Positions 56,546 through 64,000 of a stretch of DNA of 64,000 bases are shown in pieces (position 1 is the first letter of the stretch; every line of letters starts with the position of its first letter). Position numbers and translations under genes: made by a program. The notes beneath the pieces are model-generated. The model saw only the letters and a program-made list of their open reading frames with translations, was not told the origin of the DNA and made no database searches. The stretch comes from PVC group bacterium (GTDB taxonomy: Bacteria > Omnitrophota > Gorgyraeia > B26-G9): NCBI GenBank assembly GCA_024231215.1, contig JAAEQR010000142.1, positions 36,593 through 100,592 of the forward strand, written 5' to 3'.

Positions 56546-57465
56546 TGTTAAATTTATCAACGTCCTGGAACGCATCCAGCCATAAAAGCGGATATACGAT
56601 CATCGAAGAAATTAAAAAAGCGGGATTTACTGCAGTTGAGTTAAGTTTTCATATTTCGCAAATAACACTGAAAGAAATTCTGGAATTAAAAGAAAAAGAG
56701 GACATCCGAATTAATAGTGTCCACAATTTCTGTCCGGTTCCAGATGAATACAAAAACATAAAATTCACACCGGATTACTTTTCTTTAGCAAGCGATGATG
56801 AAAAACAACGACAAAAAGCCGTAAAATTAACCTTGCAATCTATACATACAACTAAAAAAACCGGCGCCAGAGCACTGGTAATTCATGCCGGCCGAGTAGA
56901 AATGGAACAAAAAACCAAGGAATTAATCAAACTTTATAACAAAGACGGGAAAGATACAGAAGAATATATCCAACTCATCGAACAAATAAAAACTGAACGC
57001 AAGAATAAAGCTGGGAAACATTTCAAAGCAATTATTCACAGTTTGGAAACATTGTTAATTGAAGCAGATAAAATAGATATTGATCTCTGCCTGGAAAACA
57101 GATATTATTACCGGGAAATCCCATCCCTGGAAGAATTTGATAGAATTTTCGACCATTTCTCAAACCACAAGCATTTATTCTATTGGCACGATGTAGGCCA
57201 TGCTCAGGTAGCAGATAACCTCGGGCTTGCTTCTCACGCAGAATTTTTAAAACGCTATGGTGATAAGATGTATGGGATTCATCTGCACGACGTAACAGGA
57301 GCTAAAGACCATCAAGCTCCCGGACAGGGAAAATATGATTTCAATCTATTAAAACCATATTTAAAAAAAGATGATATAATAAAAGTTATTGAAGTTCACC
57401 AGCCTACAAGCACCAAACAACTTATATCCGGAGCTTCTTATCTGAAAAATATAGGAATTGTGTAA
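56545..57465 (+). CDS. Sugar phosphate isomerase/epimerase (AP endonuclease 2 TIM barrel)
   Basis: SVHN, VIHAG, LENR, WHDVGHA, IHLHD, DHQAPGQG, IEV metal ligands. Confidence 0.85.
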   Translation: MLNLSTSWNASSHKSGYTIIEEIKKAGFTAVELSFHISQITLKEILELKEKEDIRINSVHNFCPVPDEYKNIKFTPDYFSLASDDEKQRQKAVKLTLQSIHTTKKTGARALVIHAGRVEMEQKTKELIKLYNKDGKDTEEYIQLIEQIKTERKNKAGKHFKAIIHSLETLLIEADKIDIDLCLENRYYYREIPSLEEFDRIFDHFSNHKHLFYWHDVGHAQVADNLGLASHAEFLKRYGDKMYGIHLHDVTGAKDHQAPGQGKYDFNLLKPYLKKDDIIKVIEVHQPTSTKQLISGASYLKNIGIV

Positions 57466-57467
57466 AA

Positions 57468-58271
57468 ATGGACAGAAAAGCTATTGTTGCAGGTCACTTT
57501 TATCCCAAGACCCAGGAATCACTAAAAAAGAATCTTGAACAATTGATAGATAAAACACAAGTAACCAAAGATGCTCTAGCGGTTATTATGCCTCATGCTG
57601 GGTACAGCTATTCCGGCGCAATAGCTGGAAAAACCATATCTCAGATAAAGGTAAAAGACACAGCAATAATTCTAGGACCGAATCATACGGGTCTTGGCAT
57701 GCCTTATAGCCTAGTGAACGAAGGCACGTGGACAACCCCTTTAGGAAAAATAAAAATCAACCAAGAATTAGCTGATTTACTGCTTGCTAACTCTGAACAT
57801 ATAAAAAATGATGAAACATCCCATGTGTATGAGCATTCAATTGAAGTCGAATTACCATTTCTGCAATATCTAAATAATGCAATAAATATCGTTCCAATGA
57901 TTATTTCTGATTTCAATATTAAATATCTTCAGATTGTAGGAGAGCAAATAGCAAAGGCAATTAAAACATACTCACAGCCTACACTTATAGTCGCAAGCAC
58001 AGATATGACCCATTATGAGCCACACGACCAGGCTAAAGAGAAAGATTTAAAAGCTATTGATGCTATTTTAGAACTAGATCCCAAAAAATTACATTCTGTG
58101 GTAACAGAAAATAAAATCTCCATGTGCGGGCTAGCACCTGTTACTACAACTCTGTTTGCCTGTAAAGCATTGGGAGCGACTAAAGCAGAGCTTATAGGCT
58201 ATACGACTAGCGGAGAGCTCTCAGGAGATTATGACAATGTTGTCGGTTACGCGGGAATTGTAATCAAATAA
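57468..58271 (+). CDS. amrB: AmmeMemoRadiSam system protein B (MEMO1 family)
   Basis: AGHFYP, PHAGYSYSG, LGPNH, EHSIEVELPFLQ, ASTDMTHY, SMCG, VVGYAG. Confidence 0.92.
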   Translation: MDRKAIVAGHFYPKTQESLKKNLEQLIDKTQVTKDALAVIMPHAGYSYSGAIAGKTISQIKVKDTAIILGPNHTGLGMPYSLVNEGTWTTPLGKIKINQELADLLLANSEHIKNDETSHVYEHSIEVELPFLQYLNNAINIVPMIISDFNIKYLQIVGEQIAKAIKTYSQPTLIVASTDMTHYEPHDQAKEKDLKAIDAILELDPKKLHSVVTENKISMCGLAPVTTTLFACKALGATKAELIGYTTSGELSGDYDNVVGYAGIVIK

Positions 58272-58283
58272 AAGGAGAATATC

Positions 58284-58640
58284 ATGACCGAAAAAAAAGT
58301 GGATGAAGGATGGAAAGAAAAAGCAGCAACAGAAAAAGAAACACCGCAAACACCGGTTGACGAAGAAATAGAACAGCCGCAACAGCAGCAGCAAATGCCT
58401 CCGGTTGACTTTAGCTTATTTATTTCCAGTTTGGGAATGCAAGCTTTGCTATCACTGGGAGAAATAGAAAACCCAATGACTAACAAAAAAGAACAAGATC
58501 TTATTCAAGCCAAGTATCTTATTGATACCATGGAAATGATCCAGGGAAAAACAACCGGAAACTTAACTGATGACGAACAAAAAATGCTAGATCAGATACT
58601 ATACGAATTAAGGATGAAATTTGTATCCATTTCAAAATAA
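58284..58640 (+). CDS. DUF1844 domain protein
   Basis: VDEGWKE...DFSLFISSLGMQALLSLG..ENP...AKYLID...KTTGNL..DE..LYELRMKFV. Confidence 0.82.
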   Translation: MTEKKVDEGWKEKAATEKETPQTPVDEEIEQPQQQQQMPPVDFSLFISSLGMQALLSLGEIENPMTNKKEQDLIQAKYLIDTMEMIQGKTTGNLTDDEQKMLDQILYELRMKFVSISK

Positions 58641-58712
58641 GTATTTGTAATAGATGCAGGTTAAGTTTATAATAAAAGTTCAAAATATCTAACTTCAGAA
58701 GGGAGTAAGATC

Positions 58713-59750
58713 ATGAAAAAAAGAGATGTAGAAACCATAAAAGATGACAAAAACCAGGGCGGATCAGAAAAACTAAAAGCGCTTGACTTGGCTTTGAGCC
58801 AGATAGAAAAACAGTTTGGCAAAGGCTCTATTATGAAATTAGGAGCAGATACCAAGCTTAATATAGAATCTATTCCGACCGGATCTTTAACGCTTGATAT
58901 TGCCTTGGGTATCGGCGGAGTTCCTCGCGGCAGAGTAGTAGAAGTATACGGGCCTGAATCAAGCGGAAAAACTACGCTGAGCATAAGTATTGCAGCTCAA
59001 GCTCAAAAAAAAGGCGGAGTTGCAGCATTCATCGATGCAGAACATGCATTTGACCCGTCTTATGCCAAAAAACTAGGAATAAACTTAGATGAACTTTTAA
59101 TCTCTCAACCCGATACAGGTGAACAAGCTTTAGAAATTGCCGAAACATTGGTTAGAAGTAATGCTGTAGACGTGATAATTGTTGATTCCGTAGCCGCGTT
59201 AACTCCTAAAGCGGAGATTGAAGGAGATATGGGTGACTCCCACATGGGCTTACAAGCACGTCTTATGTCACAAGCTCTGCGAAAATTAACCGCAGCAATC
59301 TCAAAATCCAAAACCTGCGTAATCTTCATTAATCAAATCCGCATGAAAATCGGGGTTATGTTTGGCAACCCAGAAACAACTACAGGAGGAAGAGCTTTAA
59401 AATTTTACGCTTCCGTACGTCTTGATATCAGAAGAATCGAAACATTAAAAGTCCAGGACGTAGTCACCGGCACTCGAGTTCGAGTCAAGGTAGTGAAAAA
59501 CAAAGTTGCTCCGCCATTCCGTCAGGCTGAATTTGAAATTTTACACGCAGAAGGAATATCACGTGAATCTGATATTATTGATCTGGGAATACGACACGGG
59601 CTAATTCTAAAATCCGGAGCATGGTTTACATGCGGTGAAGAAAAACTGGGGCAGGGAAAAGAAAACGCAAAGGCTTTCTTAAGAGAAAACAAAAAACTAA
59701 CAGCTGAGCTTGAAAAAAAGATACGAGAACAAACAGACGCAAAAAAGTAA
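58713..59750 (+). CDS. recA: Recombinase RecA
   Basis: [48 protein letters not shown]. Confidence 0.98.
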   Translation: MKKRDVETIKDDKNQGGSEKLKALDLALSQIEKQFGKGSIMKLGADTKLNIESIPTGSLTLDIALGIGGVPRGRVVEVYGPESSGKTTLSISIAAQAQKKGGVAAFIDAEHAFDPSYAKKLGINLDELLISQPDTGEQALEIAETLVRSNAVDVIIVDSVAALTPKAEIEGDMGDSHMGLQARLMSQALRKLTAAISKSKTCVIFINQIRMKIGVMFGNPETTTGGRALKFYASVRLDIRRIETLKVQDVVTGTRVRVKVVKNKVAPPFRQAEFEILHAEGISRESDIIDLGIRHGLILKSGAWFTCGEEKLGQGKENAKAFLRENKKLTAELEKKIREQTDAKK

Positions 59751-59753
59751 AAA

Positions 59754-61193
59754 ATGCTAAAAAACAGTAAAAAGCTAACAATCTATCGCTTAAGCATGTA
59801 TGTTTTGCTAATAGGGGGATTTGTGTTTGTCTCCCAATTACCTGCTTTATCAGCAACTGATTTACTATTACAAATTGAACAAAAAACATCCAGACTAGCT
59901 GAAGATGTAGGTAAAGCTGTCGTCAGTATTAGTACCGAGAGAACAGAGATCATAAAAGAACAGGATCGTTCTTTCGGAGACGAATATTATGAACGTTTTT
60001 TTCAAGACTTTCTCTACGGGAAAATAGCACAACGCGCTTATAAAAAAATCGGCCTAGGCTCAGGCGTAATTATCGATAGTCAAGGGCACATAATAACTAA
60101 TGAGCATATAATCAGCAATGCTGATAAGATAATCGTCACACTTACTGATGGCCGACAATTTCAAGCAAATATAAAAGGATCTAACTATGCGACTGATTTA
60201 GCTATCATAAAAATTAATGCGCCTGATATCCATCATGCAAAAATAGGAAATTCCGACAGTATAAAACCGGGACAACTGGCTTTTGCGCTCGGAAATCCTT
60301 TTGGTTTTGCAGTCGAGAAACCAGAACCAAGTATAAACTTCGGTATTATTAGCGCATTAAATCAGTCTTTACCAAAAATTGCACAAAGCGATCGGGTCTA
60401 TAAAAAGCTGATTCAAACTGATGCAGGAATCAATATCGGCAATTCAGGCGGCCCATTAGTTAATATTCACGGTGAAGTTATCGGGATAAACGTTGCTGTT
60501 TACAATGCCAGTCGTGGAACGAATGGAATTGGTTTTGCCATTCCAAGCAACTCCGCAAAATTGATTTTAGATAATATTATACAAGGAGAAGAAATCCTTT
60601 ACGAATGGCTGGGAATTAACATCCACGATCTAAATCCAGCTCTGGCAAACTATTTTGGTTTAAGTAAGCCCCGCGGTGTTTTAGTAGCTGGAGTTCGTCC
60701 GGGAAGTCCGGCAGAAAAAGCCGGTTTTGAAGAAAAAGATATTATTTTCAAATTTAATCGGGAAAAAGTAAAAAACACTCTGGAATTTATCGACAGTATA
60801 AAAAAAAGAAAGACCGGAGCCAAACTAAAAGTTAAAGTTATCCGAAGAACTATTATCCGGGAACTAAATTTAACTATTGGTAAACGTCCAACAGGTATCA
60901 ATAAAAACAAACAAAAAAAGCTTTCTAAGACATCGGGGCAACTTAAAAAACAAAACCTAAATATCCCAGAATGGCGCGGCCTGGAAGTAAAGAAAGAACA
61001 AGGTGGCATAACTATAGTCAATGTCCGCCAGAATAGTTCGGCAGAGACAGGTGGACTAAAACAAGGCGATATTATCAATGCGGTTGACGCATTCGAAATA
61101 AAGACCCTGGATGATTACAAAAAAGCAATTGATACAGCTTCCGGAAATGTGTTGATTAAAACCCAACACGGGTATTTAGTTATTACCGAATAA
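59754..61193 (+). CDS. HtrA/DegP-like serine protease with two PDZ domains
   Basis: Signal peptide, LGSGVII, TNEHI, TDLAIIK, IQTDAGINIGNSGGPL, two PDZ domains. Confidence 0.92.
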   Translation: MLKNSKKLTIYRLSMYVLLIGGFVFVSQLPALSATDLLLQIEQKTSRLAEDVGKAVVSISTERTEIIKEQDRSFGDEYYERFFQDFLYGKIAQRAYKKIGLGSGVIIDSQGHIITNEHIISNADKIIVTLTDGRQFQANIKGSNYATDLAIIKINAPDIHHAKIGNSDSIKPGQLAFALGNPFGFAVEKPEPSINFGIISALNQSLPKIAQSDRVYKKLIQTDAGINIGNSGGPLVNIHGEVIGINVAVYNASRGTNGIGFAIPSNSAKLILDNIIQGEEILYEWLGINIHDLNPALANYFGLSKPRGVLVAGVRPGSPAEKAGFEEKDIIFKFNREKVKNTLEFIDSIKKRKTGAKLKVKVIRRTIIRELNLTIGKRPTGINKNKQKKLSKTSGQLKKQNLNIPEWRGLEVKKEQGGITIVNVRQNSSAETGGLKQGDIINAVDAFEIKTLDDYKKAIDTASGNVLIKTQHGYLVITE

Positions 61194-61195
61194 CT

Positions 61196-61678
61196 ATGAA
61201 AAAAACATTAGGGCAGGCAAAAAACTACGCGTTTAGGCTTTTAAATTTTCGTTTGCGCAGCAAAAGAGAAGTTAAAAATAAGCTTAAAAGCAAAGATTTT
61301 CCTACTCACATCATTAAAGAAGTACTTGATTTTTTAGTCGATTTAAGGTATGTTGATGACTTAAATTTCGCACAATTATGGGTCAGCAGTAGACTGCGTA
61401 CAAAACCGCGCAGCAAACGCTTTCTCAGATACGAATTGCTGAAAAAAGGGGTCAATAAGGAAATTATCGAAACAGTATTAGCCCCGATTGATTCTGCGCA
61501 GGAAATAACAATCGCACGAGAAGCCGCAGAAAATAAAATGCGAACGCTAAAAAAGCTGGATAAAGCCGTCATTAAGCGCCGATTATTTGGTTATTTACAA
61601 CGACGCGGATTTTCCGCTCAGATAACAATACAAATTGCAAAAGAACTATTGGAAAAAATGGAAAACCATGAAAAGTAA
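61196..61678 (+). CDS. recX: Regulatory protein RecX
   Basis: RLLNFRLRSKREV, YVDDLNFA, ELLKKGV, YLQRRGFS. Confidence 0.9.
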   Translation: MKKTLGQAKNYAFRLLNFRLRSKREVKNKLKSKDFPTHIIKEVLDFLVDLRYVDDLNFAQLWVSSRLRTKPRSKRFLRYELLKKGVNKEIIETVLAPIDSAQEITIAREAAENKMRTLKKLDKAVIKRRLFGYLQRRGFSAQITIQIAKELLEKMENHEK

Positions 61679-64000
61679 CGAAGTAAGAAGTAAATTTTTA
61701 AAATTCTTTAAATCTAAAGATCATAAAATAGCCAAGAGTGATTCATTAGTACCGCAAAATGATCCTTCTGTACTGTTTACATCCGCGGGGATGAACCAGT
61801 TTAAAGAACAGTTCATGGGTAAAATCACTGATTTTAGCCGCGCTGCAAGCTCACAAAAGTGTATGCGAACAGCTGATCTGGTAAATGTAGGAAAAAGCCC
61901 GACACATCATACCTTTTTTGAAATGCTTGGTAATTTCTCTTTTGGCGACTACTTTAAAACCGAAGCGATCAGCTGGGCCTGGGAGTTCGTGACTAAAGTG
62001 CTATCTTTACCCAAAGAACGACTTTGGATATCAGTTTATCATAAAGACCAGGAAGCTTATGATATATGGACTAAAACAATCAAGATCCCTAAAGAACGAA
62101 TAGTTAAGCTAGGGGATAAAGACAATTTCTGGCCGGCTAATGCACCCACAGACGGTCCTAATGGGCCGTGCGGGCCATGCTCTGAGATATTCTATGATTG
62201 GACCGAAAATTACGGTTGCAAAAAACCTGATTGTAATCCTGCTTGTGACTGTGGTAGATTCACTGAAATATGGAATTTAGTATTTACTCAATATAATCGG
62301 CAGTCTGATGGCAGTCTCAATCCATTGCCAAGCAAAAACATCGATACCGGTATGGGCTTAGAACGTATTACCAGTGTAATGCAAGATAAACGCGAAAACT
62401 ATGATACAGATCTATTTGTTCCGATCATTAACGCGATAAAAGAAAACTTAAAAAGAGAAAACATCACTCCGGATAATGCTTGGCTTGACAGTCAGGCTAA
62501 AGCAATTGCCGATCATATCAGAGCAGTAACATTTGCAATCACCGATGGGGTTATCCCGTCAAATGAAAGTCGTGGATATGTAATTAGAAAACTTATTCGA
62601 AGATCAATTATGTATCTTAAACAAACCGGGTTTGAAAAACCATTTTGCTATAAATTGGTATATGTAATTGCAGATAACATGAAAGAGCCTTACCCTGAAG
62701 TATTAGAACGACATGAAAATATCGCCGGCATACTTAAAAAAGAAGAGGAGATGTTCTGGGCCATACTTAAAGAACGAGCTCCGCAGGCAGATGAAGCATT
62801 TAAAGCATTAGTAGCTAAATCAAAAAACGGTGCAGATGCTGCACAACTCGCATTTAATCAATACGATACCTTTGGGGTACCGTTAGAAATAAGCAAAGAA
62901 ATAGCTCGAAAATACAATCTGGTTATTTCTGATGATGACTTTGAAAAAGAAATGGATAAACAAAGAGAACGCTCACGCAGCGGCACACAAATCGCCGGAG
63001 AAATTTTCGCTAAGACCACCGGACACCTGATTCAAGGTATAAAGAGTGACTTTATCGGATATGATAGCCTGTCCGCAGAATCTAAGGTCATCGCGATCAT
63101 AAAAAATGATGCTCTAGTTGATGAAGCAGAAAAAAACGAAGAGGTAGACATCATCTTAGCCAAAACACCGTTTTATGCGGAAGCCGGCGGCCAGATAGGC
63201 GATACAGGACTTATCAGTGCAGATGATTTTAGTGCTGAAGTAATTAACACTATAAAAGTTGATGCCGCAATATTGCACAGAGTAAAAATCAAAAAAGGAA
63301 CTATAAAAAAAGGTTCAACTGTTCTGGCTGAAGTAAATAAGGGATTTCGTTTTTTAACCATGCGCAATCATACCGCAACCCATATTCTACAATACGCACT
63401 CAGAAAAACTTTAGGTAAAAACGTTGAACAGTCAGGGTCATATGTTACCCCTGAAAAACTACGCTTTGATTTTACGCACCTTGAGCAATTATCACCTAAA
63501 ACTATTGCTGAGATTGAAAATTTAGTTAATGAATGTATCTGGGATAATTATCCGGTACATACAAACATCACGAGCATTAATGAAGCAAAGGAAAAAGGAG
63601 CATTAGCTTTCTTTCAGGAAAAATACGGAGATACGGTACGCGTTGTTTCCGTGGAAAATCACTCCCAGGAATTATGCGGGGGAACACATGTAAATGCCAC
63701 CGGAGAAATAGGCTTATTTAAAATTACTTCCGAAAGCTCCATTGCCCAGGGTATCAGGCGCATTGAAGCAGTCACTAGTAAAGAAGCATTCAACCGTGCC
63801 CAGGAAAAAGAAAAGACTATATCAGAGATAAGCCGGCTTTTTAAAACATCTCCGGAAAACCTTATAAGTACGGCTCAGAAGCTGGCTGAACAGGTTAAAA
63901 CGCAGGAAAAAGAATTAGCAAAGCATAAAAAAACGTCAGCCTCACAAGAAGCTGATACACTACTTGATTCTGCGCAAAATATAAACAACATAGCGGTCAT
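61668..64000 (+). CDS. alaS: Alanine--tRNA ligase; 3' partial
   Basis: Manual translation: MKSNEVRSKFLKFF...DPSVLFTSAGMNQFK, HHTFFEMLGNFSFGDYFK, IDTGMGLER, NHTATH, ELCGGTHV. Runs off the window end. Confidence 0.96.
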   Translation, partial: MKSNEVRSKFLKFFKSKDHKIAKSDSLVPQNDPSVLFTSAGMNQFKEQFMGKITDFSRAASSQKCMRTADLVNVGKSPTHHTFFEMLGNFSFGDYFKTEAISWAWEFVTKVLSLPKERLWISVYHKDQEAYDIWTKTIKIPKERIVKLGDKDNFWPANAPTDGPNGPCGPCSEIFYDWTENYGCKKPDCNPACDCGRFTEIWNLVFTQYNRQSDGSLNPLPSKNIDTGMGLERITSVMQDKRENYDTDLFVPIINAIKENLKRENITPDNAWLDSQAKAIADHIRAVTFAITDGVIPSNESRGYVIRKLIRRSIMYLKQTGFEKPFCYKLVYVIADNMKEPYPEVLERHENIAGILKKEEEMFWAILKERAPQADEAFKALVAKSKNGADAAQLAFNQYDTFGVPLEISKEIARKYNLVISDDDFEKEMDKQRERSRSGTQIAGEIFAKTTGHLIQGIKSDFIGYDSLSAESKVIAIIKNDALVDEAEKNEEVDIILAKTPFYAEAGGQIGDTGLISADDFSAEVINTIKVDAAILHRVKIKKGTIKKGSTVLAEVNKGFRFLTMRNHTATHILQYALRKTLGKNVEQSGSYVTPEKLRFDFTHLEQLSPKTIAEIENLVNECIWDNYPVHTNITSINEAKEKGALAFFQEKYGDTVRVVSVENHSQELCGGTHVNATGEIGLFKITSESSIAQGIRRIEAVTSKEAFNRAQEKEKTISEISRLFKTSPENLISTAQKLAEQVKTQEKELAKHKKTSASQEADTLLDSAQNINNIAV

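Noticed and set aside
58641-58712. LexA/SOS box upstream of recA
   Set aside because: Only a weak AAGTT-N10-AACTT inverted repeat, with no match to SOS box consensus sequences I know.
1126-63367. Numerous 60-185 aa ORFs antisense or out of frame within confident genes (e.g. 34985-35542, 20264-20692, 60650-61078, 39269-39658)
   Set aside because: They overlap well-supported housekeeping CDSs, have no motifs or RBS, and are expected shadow ORFs.
1-64000. CRISPR array, rRNA, transposase or prophage genes
   Set aside because: No regularly spaced direct repeats or diagnostic motifs seen; intergenic spaces are short and otherwise explained.

Overview
AT-rich bacterial chromosome segment from a diderm (Kdo/LPS synthesis and Lpt genes), made mostly of housekeeping operons on the + strand: rpe-pgm-lepA-lepB-pgsA-der-plsY-gpsA, tRNA-Pro(GGG), hom-thrC-apgM, kdsA-kdsD-kdsC-lptB-hpf-ptsN-yvcK-ptsH-ptsI, metK-ahcY-fba, lptFG, comF, recA-degP-recX-alaS. 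Gene content and the giant secreted protein suggest Candidatus Omnitrophota/PVC (inference, not verified). Two accessory modules stand out. (1) At 26.1-33.5 kb, a c-di-GMP-I riboswitch with a duplicated 3' half and an overlapping terminator precedes a 41-aa leader ORF and a 2294-aa signal-peptide protein of YD/RHS-like repeats. The repeats are arranged in four-unit super-repeats with inserted TPR-like and dockerin/EF-hand-like modules, and there is no RHS core or toxin tip. (2) At 5.9-12.1 kb, a compact operon joins T2SS/T4P-like parts (PilO-like, two GspC-like proteins, secretin) with a matrixin protease carrying a CFI-box C-terminal domain and a PorV-like beta-barrel. Also seen: a 124-bp TA-flanked MITE-like palindrome, a metallophosphoesterase pseudogene remnant, an orphan promoter-terminator unit, a three-hairpin leader upstream of metK, and an apparent GC-skew inversion across the window. 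No CRISPR array, rRNA, integrase or transposase was recognised. All family calls come from recalled motifs, with no database searches.
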